36,376 nt of DNA. It comes from an uncultured Gammaproteobacteria bacterium. Its GTDB lineage: Bacteria; Patescibacteriota; Patescibacteriia; 2-12-FULL-60-25. A model generated the notes under the pieces. That model saw only the letters and a program-made list of their open reading frames with translations, ran no database searches and was not told where the DNA came from. The translations under genes were made by a program, and so were the position numbers. The DNA lies in NCBI GenBank assembly GCA_964615825.1, contig CAZTQP010000003.1, positions 1 through 36,376 of the forward strand, in the 5' to 3' direction. Below are positions 7,772 to 15,937 of the stretch, one piece after another. Numbering within the stretch: position 1 is the first letter of the stretch; each line of letters begins with the position of its first letter.

Positions 7772-8277
7772 CGCATCTCGTCCTCGATGTCGACGGCGTC
7801 TTAACCGACGGGTCCTTTACCTATACCGCCGACGGCAAAGTCGCCAAGCGGTTTGGTCCAGATGACAATGACGCACTCTCTCTCGTGCGTCCCTATCTAT
7901 CTGTCTGTGCCGTGAGTGGGGACAAGCGCGGATTCGCCATTACTCAAAAGCGTGTAGAAGAAGATATGAAGCTTCCGCTCTACCAAGTCAGTACTTTTGA
8001 ACGGCTCGCTTGGATAAAAGAGCGCTTTCCCTTGGAGGAAACGGTCTATATGGGGGATGGGATCTTTGATGCCATGGTATTCCAAGGGGTCGGCTATGCC
8101 ATTGCACCTGCCAATGCCTTTGAGCCCATCAAACCGTATGCAGATTTTGTCACACGAGCCAAAGGAGGGTCCGGAGCAGTGGCCGAAGCCTGTTGGCATC
8201 TGATGGAACGGTTTTTTCAGCCGCTTGACGCACGCTTCCTGTCACCTGAACCTAAAGGATCAACGAAAAACGCCTAA
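7744..8277 (+). CDS. KdsC/YrbI-family HAD phosphatase (3-deoxy-ulosonate-phosphate phosphatase-like)
   Basis: Contains LVLDVDGVLTDG, SGDKR, YMGDGIFDAMVFQGVGYAIAPANA and RAKGGSGAVAEAC. It aligns by eye along its length with E. coli KdsC. Confidence 0.8.
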   Translation: MEKSLPTRITHLVLDVDGVLTDGSFTYTADGKVAKRFGPDDNDALSLVRPYLSVCAVSGDKRGFAITQKRVEEDMKLPLYQVSTFERLAWIKERFPLEETVYMGDGIFDAMVFQGVGYAIAPANAFEPIKPYADFVTRAKGGSGAVAEACWHLMERFFQPLDARFLSPEPKGSTKNA

Positions 8278-8297
8278 CGAATTCTTACGATAAAAAT

Positions 8298-9302
8298 ATG
8301 CAACCTGCGGTAAGCCATCTTGGTATCGGGCCCATGAGCCCTGAAATTGTAGAGGCGGTATTTCGTTACGCTTCGCTTAAGCAAGTACCCCTCATGCTCA
8401 TTGCCTCAAAAAACCAAATTGATTGGGACAAGGGGTATGTCATGGGTTGGAATACCGCCGAATATGGGGCGTTTATTGCCAAGATGCGCGCTAAGTATGC
8501 GGATGCGAAGGTATATGTCTGTCGTGACCACTGCGGACCGGGATTTAAAAACCAAGACCTGGCTGATGTCTATAAGACCGTAGATGCAGATATCGCGGCT
8601 GGTTTTGATTTGATCCATATCGACTTCTGCCACTTCCAAGGAACGCGTGCCGAGATGTTAGACGAATCTGCTAAGGCCATTGCCTATGTCTTGAAACAAC
8701 GTCCAGACATGTTGATTGAGGTGGGGACAGATGAAAATGTGGGGGCTATGCTGGACGATGTAAAACGCATTGAAGAAGAGATGGAATTCTTTACCAAGCA
8801 ATTTCCTATCCATTTTTTTGTCTGCCAAACAGGAACCTTGGTTAAAGAGATTAATCAAGTAGGGCAATTTAACGGAGAGTTTATCAAAAAGATTAGGGCG
8901 TCTGCGGACCGCTTCCAACTTCACCTCAAAGAACATAATGGGGACTATGTGACGGCAGAAGAAATGAGTAAGCGCCGTGGACTGATTGATGCGGTCAATG
9001 TCGCTCCTCAATACGGTGTCTTACAGACCATACTCACTCTCCAAAAAGGTCTTTTATACGGACTTTCGATTGAACCGTTCTTACAGGAAGCCTACCAGAG
9101 CAAGCGCTGGGAAAAATGGTTAAAAACAAACACCAAAGAAAACAAGCATTTGTGTTCGATAATCGCCGGGCACTATGTCTTCGCCGGCCCTGCCTACCAA
9201 GCCCTCCTGCAAGACATCAGCCGATACGAAGATGTCCGCGAAACCATTATCCAAGAAATGATGAAGCAATTTGACGGTTATCTTCGAGCTTGGAACGTTT
9301 AA
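8298..9302 (+). CDS. GatZ/KbaZ-family (class II aldolase superfamily, tagatose-6-P kinase-like) protein, short form
   Basis: By-eye matches to E. coli GatZ: [29 protein letters not shown] ~ [37 protein letters not shown] ~ [19 protein letters not shown] ~ [18 protein letters not shown] ~ YEAHSTDY. It is 334 aa against about 420 aa for GatZ. Confidence 0.65.
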   Translation: [334 protein letters not shown]

Positions 9303-9316
9303 CGTAAGCTCCTCCC

Positions 9317-10015
9317 ATGCCCTATAAAGTATTATTAACGACCTCGGGTACCGGCTCTCGACTCGGACCTCTCACGCAATCGACGAATAAGTCTCTGGTC
9401 GAAGTAGGCGGGAAACCCACTCTTTGCCATATTATTGAAGCGTATCCCGGCGATACGATCTTTGTCGTCACGCTTGGATACCTAGGGCAGCAAGTAAAAA
9501 CGTTTTTAACAGCCCAGTACCCGGATCGGAAATTCGAATACGTCTGGGTGGACCCGTATCAAGGAGCGGGGAGCAGCCTCGGATATTCCATGTTGCAGGC
9601 ACGTTCTTTGCTCGCCTGTCCATTCATTTTTCACGCCTGTGACACGATTGTGGTAGAGCCTATTCCTGCTCCTGAAACGAACTGGGTGGGGGGAAAAGTC
9701 ATAGGATCTGAACCCTTTGACCAATATCGTACGCATCTTGTAGAAGGGGGGATGGTTAAATGCTTCCAAGATAAAGGAGTTGCGCATGCCGACTCTATAC
9801 ATATCGGGTTAACAGGGATCAAGGATCATGAAGTATTTTGGAAGGTCTTAGAACGTCAGTATCACAGCCATCCCGAGGATAGTACCTTGTCAGATGTCTC
9901 CGTTTTGACCGATATGCTCGATCAAGGCGTCTCATTTGCCTGGATTCCCTATACAGTCTGGTTAGACACGGGGAATCCTCAAAGTTTGGCAAAAACTCAA
10001 GCGTATTTTTCCTAG
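9317..10015 (+). CDS. Sugar-phosphate (or alcohol-phosphate) nucleotidyltransferase; paralog of the N-terminal domain of 6191..7771
   Basis: Contains YKVLLTTSGTGSRLGPLTQSTNKSLVEVGGKPTLCHIIEAYP and GAGSSLGYS...CPFIFHACDTIVVEPIPAPETNW. It is collinear with residues 7..130 of the fusion protein. Confidence 0.8.
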   Translation: MPYKVLLTTSGTGSRLGPLTQSTNKSLVEVGGKPTLCHIIEAYPGDTIFVVTLGYLGQQVKTFLTAQYPDRKFEYVWVDPYQGAGSSLGYSMLQARSLLACPFIFHACDTIVVEPIPAPETNWVGGKVIGSEPFDQYRTHLVEGGMVKCFQDKGVAHADSIHIGLTGIKDHEVFWKVLERQYHSHPEDSTLSDVSVLTDMLDQGVSFAWIPYTVWLDTGNPQSLAKTQAYFS

Positions 10016-10033
10016 CTATATCCATCCCTTTAT

Positions 10034-11182
10034 ATGAAACCACTCGCCTCCTACATAGATCGTCCCGAGAGCGTCCTAACCGGGAAATCTTCTCTCGAGC
10101 TCCTCTATCGGTTTAAGGATTTCCCTGTATTTTTTGGTGGTACGGAAGCTCCTTCACAGGAAGATCTTGTCGCCGACATGGATTGGGCACTAGACCATGA
10201 CACGGGAATGGTGCAGCTGACAAAGCTCATCCCGTTAGAAATTTTGTACCATGCCCAACATGTAGATGGCTGCGGACCTACGTGGCAGACATACTACGAA
10301 GCGTTCGCAGACTATATCGTCTCGTTTAAGCCAAAGACTGTGGTAGAGATTGGAGGAGGTATGGGCGTATTGGCGCAACGAGTGACGAGTAAGTTACCAG
10401 AACTCGAGTGGCACATCGTAGAACCGAACCCCGCCTTTGAATCGTCTGGGCGCATTCATGTGCAAAAAGAGTTTTTCACAGCTGGCACCGTTATACCGGC
10501 ACAAGCAGACATGGTTGTGTTTTCTCAAGTGTTAGAGCATGCCTATGATCCCAAAGAGTTCATGCTGGCAATCGCGACCTTTTTGAAACCAGGAGGAAAG
10601 GTTGTTTTTGCATACCCCCATCTTTTGAAGTGGTTGCAAGAAAAATATACCAATGCGTTAAATTTTGAGCACACGATGCTCTTAACGGACGAATACCTCG
10701 ACCCGATGCTCCCCGCGCTCGGTTTTACGCCCTTAGATAAAACTCAGTACAAGGAACACAGTTTCTTTTACGCGGCAGAGCGTAATGAGGATAAGCCGCG
10801 CTTGGAGACGGTTGCGTGGCCTAATCTTTCCGCAAAGCACCGACAAGCATTCACGGATTTTATTGACCATCATGTCACGATGGTCGACGAGCTAAATCAG
10901 CAAATGCGTGCTTCAACCGTCCCGGTCTACCTCTTTGGTGCCCACATTTTTTCTACCTACCTGTTTTCTTTTGGTCTTGAGAAAGAAAAAATCGTTGGCA
11001 TGCTCGATAATAGTCCTACCAAACGAGGCAAACGATTCTATGGAACAGAATTTATGGTTGAATCTCCAGAAGTTTTGCGAGGAAAAGGCCCTGTCCAGGT
11101 AATCGTAAAGGCGGGGATTTATACAGGAGAAATTAAACAAGAGATCCTCGAAAAGATTAATCCAGAAGTGAAGTTCCTGTAG
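10034..11182 (+). CDS. Two-domain SAM-dependent methyltransferase resembling NDP-sugar C-methyltransferases (TylCIII-like)
   Basis: A class I SAM motif VVEIGGGMGVLAQ and VVFSQVLEHAYDP, plus a C-terminal Rossmann-like segment VYLFGAHIFSTYLFSFGLEKEKIVGMLDNSPTKRGKRFYGTEFMVESPE. That segment is typical of the C-methyltransferase C-terminal domain. Confidence 0.65.
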   Translation: MKPLASYIDRPESVLTGKSSLELLYRFKDFPVFFGGTEAPSQEDLVADMDWALDHDTGMVQLTKLIPLEILYHAQHVDGCGPTWQTYYEAFADYIVSFKPKTVVEIGGGMGVLAQRVTSKLPELEWHIVEPNPAFESSGRIHVQKEFFTAGTVIPAQADMVVFSQVLEHAYDPKEFMLAIATFLKPGGKVVFAYPHLLKWLQEKYTNALNFEHTMLLTDEYLDPMLPALGFTPLDKTQYKEHSFFYAAERNEDKPRLETVAWPNLSAKHRQAFTDFIDHHVTMVDELNQQMRASTVPVYLFGAHIFSTYLFSFGLEKEKIVGMLDNSPTKRGKRFYGTEFMVESPEVLRGKGPVQVIVKAGIYTGEIKQEILEKINPEVKFL

Positions 11183-11184
11183 GG

Positions 11185-12462
11185 TTACTTAGGAATATAG
11201 GTTTTATTGATGGCGTTGGTAAGATCTTGCCACGCCCCCTTATCGTCAAAAAGCAGAAAATGCTGTTCTACCAGATGTCCCACCTTCTTCCAGGTTAGGT
11301 GATCTTTTATGAATCGGGAGCCTTTTTTCGCACCTTCTACAGCTTCCGGATAGTGGGTGTAGACATGCTCCATGACAGAGGAGAGTTCTGAGACATCGCG
11401 CGCATCAACTAAAAATCCTGTCTCCTTCTCGTGGACAAAGTCTTTTGTATTTCCATGGCGTGCGCCAATGAGTGGTTTCTCACAGTAAAGGGCTTCTAAG
11501 GCGATGGTAGAGTAATTCGCCCAAATCATCGGATCAACCACGACTTGGCAGGCACGTAAATAGCGAATCACTGTTGAGCGATCTGCCTCTCCCAAGACGC
11601 GAACACGGTCCTCTAGGCCCTCAAGGTGTTGCGCGAGAAGATCGCTATAGATTCCGTGATGCCGTCCAACAATCCAGAGCTCTATTGCAGGATAGATCGC
11701 GGCTAAGCGACGAAAGGCTTCAATCAGATAGTAGATTCCTTTCATACGTTGGATGCGTCCGACAAAAAGAAAGGCGAATTTTTTCTGTGTCTTTGCGCTC
11801 GTGTGAGGAGTTGTATCAAATCGATAATTTTCTACCCCCAAAGGGAGGTACGCGGCGCGTGTTGGATAAAGGGCGCGATAATAGGCATAGGTAGAGGAGC
11901 CTTCGCAGAAAAGAAGGTCAGATCTTTCACCAACTTCACGGACAGGGAAAAATCGATACCACACCTGTTCCGCAAGAAATCGTGCGACCCGAAAAAAGAC
12001 AGGGGGAGTCTGCGTTTGCCAGCCCTCGGCTTCATCTTTGCGTTGGCGATCAAACAACCAATCACCCGTTTGGAAAAATGCTTGCGTGGCCGGGTCTTGG
12101 CTCACGAGTACGCGCGCGGCTACTTTAGCTCCAAACGGAAACCGCCCAAAATGGGTCAGACCCGCATCGATGATAAAAACCCAGTCGTAGCGGTACCTAA
12201 GCCTAAGCAAGGCATACCCCATCCAACTCAAGAAAGACACAGTTTTATCAAGTCCATGCGTTTTATATTGTAGGATCTGGTATAGTCTGATACCTTTTTT
12301 TCTAAGTTCAGCCTTGGTATGGTGGGCGAGCTTGCTCGACAAGGTGAAGACATGTACTTCATGTCCGGCCTCCGCAAGCTGCAAAGGAAAATTCCAAAGT
12401 CCTGTTTCAATCCCGCTTGTAGGATCATCCGTGAAGTGGTGGACAGGGACAAAAATACGCAT
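11185..12462 (-). CDS. GT4-family (GT-B fold) glycosyltransferase
   Basis: Contains MRIFVPVHHF..., FLFVGRIQRMKGIYYLIEAF, and the E-x7-E region TIALEALYCEKPLIGARHGNTKDFV..ETGFLV. Confidence 0.8.
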   Translation of the reverse strand: MRIFVPVHHFTDDPTSGIETGLWNFPLQLAEAGHEVHVFTLSSKLAHHTKAELRKKGIRLYQILQYKTHGLDKTVSFLSWMGYALLRLRYRYDWVFIIDAGLTHFGRFPFGAKVAARVLVSQDPATQAFFQTGDWLFDRQRKDEAEGWQTQTPPVFFRVARFLAEQVWYRFFPVREVGERSDLLFCEGSSTYAYYRALYPTRAAYLPLGVENYRFDTTPHTSAKTQKKFAFLFVGRIQRMKGIYYLIEAFRRLAAIYPAIELWIVGRHHGIYSDLLAQHLEGLEDRVRVLGEADRSTVIRYLRACQVVVDPMIWANYSTIALEALYCEKPLIGARHGNTKDFVHEKETGFLVDARDVSELSSVMEHVYTHYPEAVEGAKKGSRFIKDHLTWKKVGHLVEQHFLLFDDKGAWQDLTNAINKTYIPK

Positions 12463-12485
12463 GCGGTAAAGCTTACAAGTATTGT

Positions 12486-13289
12486 ATGGTGGATATCAAG
12501 TCTTTCTATGAGGGGCATTCAGACCAAATCCTAAAGAAGAGGTTATTTTCTGTATACCCGATTCGGCGCTATGCGCATGAGGCGCAATATCAAGCGATTT
12601 TGGCTCATGTAGGGGAGGGGAGCGTGTTAGATGCCGGCTGCGGCGAAGGAGCTATTGGGTTACTGCTCGCGAAGAAAAAAATCGCTTCTACTGGGATTGA
12701 TCTCTCCTATCCAAATATCGAGAAGGCTGAGCAGCAAGCGCAAGAAATGGGGGTGGCAGAGTACGCGACCTATAAGCAAGGGGATGCAGAAAAACTTCCA
12801 TTCCCCGACGCTTCATTTGATACCGTCATAAGTTCACATGTTTTAGAGCATTTGCCGAGCTTTGACGCGGGCTGGCAAGAGCTGTGTCGCGTTTCTCGTA
12901 AACGTATTATTGTGGCGCTCCCAACCGGGTTTAATCTTTGCGCCTTAGCTTTACTTGGAGGGGATCACGGCTACTGGCAAGTGAGTAAACGATCCCTGTG
13001 GGCCATTCCTTGGGGAATCATTCGTACCCTTCTAAATATATTTGGCGAAGGCGTACAAGAAGGGTACGCAGGCAAGGATGAGCTACCGCATATCTGGCGC
13101 TTTCCTTGGATCGTGCGACGACGCCTCTCTCATCCCGAGTGGAAAATCGTCTCCTATGCCGCGAGTAGCCTGAGCCTGCCTTATTTCTCCTTCCTTATTC
13201 CCTTGGTACAGTGGCTCGACCGCTTCAGGTCTCTCCCCTTAGTAAGGTATTTAGGCTATGGATCTACCATTGTCCTTGAGCGCCGTTAA
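12486..13289 (+). CDS. Class I SAM-dependent methyltransferase (Methyltransf_11-like)
   Basis: Contains VLDAGCGEGAIGLLLAKK, GDAEKLPFPDASFDTVISSHVLEHLP. Confidence 0.8.
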   Translation: MVDIKSFYEGHSDQILKKRLFSVYPIRRYAHEAQYQAILAHVGEGSVLDAGCGEGAIGLLLAKKKIASTGIDLSYPNIEKAEQQAQEMGVAEYATYKQGDAEKLPFPDASFDTVISSHVLEHLPSFDAGWQELCRVSRKRIIVALPTGFNLCALALLGGDHGYWQVSKRSLWAIPWGIIRTLLNIFGEGVQEGYAGKDELPHIWRFPWIVRRRLSHPEWKIVSYAASSLSLPYFSFLIPLVQWLDRFRSLPLVRYLGYGSTIVLERR

Positions 13290-14767
13290 AATTGGAAATA
13301 AATGAAGGTCTGAGATTGAGTTTGGCTAAAAACGAGGATGAGTAACAGGGCGGTTGAAAGCACAAGCCAGCGTCCGATATGGAAGGAGGTTGTATGTGGC
13401 CTATCTTTAAAGCTTGCGAAGTAACCTAACCGTTGGCCAGCCTCAAAAATGAGCAAGGCTAAGATGCTCAACACGCACACGTAAAATGTATCCGCTGGTC
13501 GTCCAAGAAAAATATTTTTGGCGATAAATGCTGGAGAGGGCCACGTAGAGAGTGTCTGGCTCCAGCCTGAAAAAAGCTGACGAATGATCACCCAGGATTG
13601 CCCCACGTTACTCGCACGAAAAAAGATCCAACCAAAACAAATAAGGGAAAATGTTGCAAGTGTTTGCCACGTGGCAAGGATCTTTGAGCCGAACACTTTT
13701 GGGAGGTTTGCTGCGAAAGGAGCATGTATCCTTTGAGTAATCGAAGCAATGATGATGTAGAGTCCATTTAAAGCCCCCCAGATAAAAAAGGTCCAATTTG
13801 CCCCATGCCAAATCCCACTCAGAAAGAAGGTCAAGAAAACATTAAAATAAGTTCGTCCGTTTCCGCGGCGATTTCCTCCTAATGGAATGTAGACATAGTC
13901 TCTAAACCAACTGGAGAGCGAGATATGCCAGCGCTTCCAAAACTCAGAGATCGACCGTGAAAGGTAGGGTTGCTTAAAATTTTCCATGAGGGTAAAGCCA
14001 AGGACTTGGGCAGAGCCAAGAGCGATATCCGAATACCCAGAAAAATCCCCATAAATTTGAAAGGCGAACAGTACGAGCGCAATAGCAATACTAATCCCAG
14101 GATAGTCAGAGGGATATTGGTAGACTTGGTTGACGAACGTGGCGGCTAAATCTGCAATCACGAGCTTTTTAAAAAAACCGAGCAACATCCGTTGGAGTCC
14201 CGTCGCTATTCGTGGCCAAGAGAAAAAGTGCTTTTCTTTAAACTGATGCAGCATGTTCTGAGGTCGTTCAATCGGGCCGGCCACCAGTTGGGGAAAAAAC
14301 AGTACATATAGAGCAAAAATCCCTAGATGACGTTCGGTTTTTTGGTTGCCTCGATAGACCTCTACGGTATAGCTAACGCTTTGAAAAGTATGGAATGAAA
14401 GTCCAAGTGGAAGGATGAATTCAAGAGCATGGAGGGGATAATTCCAATGCAGTAGACGCGCTAATTCCACCACATTCTCAGACAGAAAGGGAAGGTATTT
14501 ATACACGATTAAGAGCATCATGTTCAAGATGATGCTCGCGACGAGAAACCGCTTCTTATGCATCGGATAAGCCTCCATGAGCAAACCGGCCGAGTAATCG
14601 ATGGCAATGGTAAGTCCCAAGATAAGGATGTATTTTGGGATAAAGCACATGTAGAAGAAGCAACTCGCCGCTAATAACCAAGCCCAGCGAATTCGATGGG
14701 GGAACAAAAAATACCCCAAACAGACGAGTGGGAAGAAGAGGAGAAACGCCAAGGAGTTAAATAGCAT
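13286..14767 (-). CDS. MBOAT-family O-acyltransferase (AlgI/DltB-like)
   Basis: Starts MLFNSLAFLLFFPLV and is polytopic. The conserved His region is FWKRWHISLSSWFRDYVYIPLGGNRRG, followed by FLLSGIWHGANW. Confidence 0.9.
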   Translation of the reverse strand: MLFNSLAFLLFFPLVCLGYFLFPHRIRWAWLLAASCFFYMCFIPKYILILGLTIAIDYSAGLLMEAYPMHKKRFLVASIILNMMLLIVYKYLPFLSENVVELARLLHWNYPLHALEFILPLGLSFHTFQSVSYTVEVYRGNQKTERHLGIFALYVLFFPQLVAGPIERPQNMLHQFKEKHFFSWPRIATGLQRMLLGFFKKLVIADLAATFVNQVYQYPSDYPGISIAIALVLFAFQIYGDFSGYSDIALGSAQVLGFTLMENFKQPYLSRSISEFWKRWHISLSSWFRDYVYIPLGGNRRGNGRTYFNVFLTFFLSGIWHGANWTFFIWGALNGLYIIIASITQRIHAPFAANLPKVFGSKILATWQTLATFSLICFGWIFFRASNVGQSWVIIRQLFSGWSQTLSTWPSPAFIAKNIFLGRPADTFYVCVLSILALLIFEAGQRLGYFASFKDRPHTTSFHIGRWLVLSTALLLILVFSQTQSQTFIYFQF

Positions 14768-14769
14768 AC

Positions 14770-15843
14770 TTACGGGGAAATTCGGCAGCGGTCATGAGCG
14801 CTCAGCTGCGCATTAACCGTCTTATAGAGCAAGCTCGCCATGGCCTCATGGCCGCGCTGCGTAAAATGATCTTCACAATCATAGGTTAGGCATTCGGATA
14901 TCTCGGTCTTTACCAGGGCTAAGTCGTTGGCTGGATTGACGAAGCTGATTTGTTCACGAGTCAAGAATTCTGTCAGGGCAACCATGTGAGGGTCTTGTTT
15001 CCAGGCATCAATATGAGCGGAATGTCCTTCATTGCTATATACGACGACCACGAGCTTTGATCCACTCGTCTGTACCAACGCATCCATTTTTTTTAAAATT
15101 TCAAACGTGTAGTTGAGGAAGGCGGGGGAAGCGCTTGGTTCACTATTCGTTCCGTTGGTAATTCCTGCTGATTCATAAAAACCAAGCAGGCGTAAAAGAT
15201 AAATGACGGTTGCGCTCGATTGGATCTTGCTAAAAACAAACTTAGGTAATTGAAATCTCAGCAAAAATGCTTTTAAGCCGACCGCTTTCCGTTCCTGTGC
15301 GTAGGTTTCGAGATTAAAGGTGGATTTCTGAAGGTTATCTAAGTAATCATCATGGAAAACCAAGAGCGTTAGCTCGGGTTTAAGTGGTGCGACTTTATAT
15401 TTAAAGGTTTGGTATTGAGAAAAAGTTCCTGTGCCGCCTACGCCAAAATTCAGTACTTCAAATGTTTGCGAACATACTCGACTGACATTTAGCGAGGTTT
15501 GCAACAAATGGGAAAAATTATGATAGAAATCCACCTGCTGAGCTTCTACCAACGAATCACCCAAAATGGCAATTCTGGTCGTGTGCGTGGCGGCCACAGT
15601 AGACACATCTGCTTCACCGATATATCCAAGGTTATTCGTTTTAATGAACACGCTCTGTTGTGATCGTTCGTCCCATACATCGCCTCGGAAGTTCTTCACG
15701 TGAATTGACCCCACTTCGGGATCGGTACGTAACAAGGGGAGGGCGGAGCGACCAAGGACCCGCAAACCAACCTCGAGATACAACAAGGTGGCGAAACTAG
15801 CCAGGACCCAAAGGCCCAGGGGCTTTAAGAAGGATTTATCCAT
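14770..15843 (-). CDS. Membrane-anchored SGNH/GDSL-like hydrolase/acyltransferase partner of the MBOAT (AlgJ/AlgX/DltD-type role)
   Basis: N-terminal TM helix, then IAILGDSLVEAQQ (block I), NFGVGGTGT (block II) and CEDHFTQRGHEAMA (block V-like D..H). It sits immediately upstream of the MBOAT gene on the same strand. Confidence 0.65.
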   Translation of the reverse strand: MDKSFLKPLGLWVLASFATLLYLEVGLRVLGRSALPLLRTDPEVGSIHVKNFRGDVWDERSQQSVFIKTNNLGYIGEADVSTVAATHTTRIAILGDSLVEAQQVDFYHNFSHLLQTSLNVSRVCSQTFEVLNFGVGGTGTFSQYQTFKYKVAPLKPELTLLVFHDDYLDNLQKSTFNLETYAQERKAVGLKAFLLRFQLPKFVFSKIQSSATVIYLLRLLGFYESAGITNGTNSEPSASPAFLNYTFEILKKMDALVQTSGSKLVVVVYSNEGHSAHIDAWKQDPHMVALTEFLTREQISFVNPANDLALVKTEISECLTYDCEDHFTQRGHEAMASLLYKTVNAQLSAHDRCRISP

Positions 15844-15937
15844 GAAGTAAAAGTTAGACGCAATATACAGGCCATAGAGGGGTCTTTCAAGTTGCAGAAT
15901 TTAGTACCTCGCTTTAGGATGAGGTAAATATTCCTAT

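Noticed and set aside
11574-12534. Plus-strand ORFs 11574..11894, 11749..12273 and 12319..12534, and minus-strand ORFs 11832..12065 and 12228..12518
   Set aside because: They are antisense or out of frame to the GT4 gene (11185..12462), which has clear family motifs. Their translations have no recognisable features.
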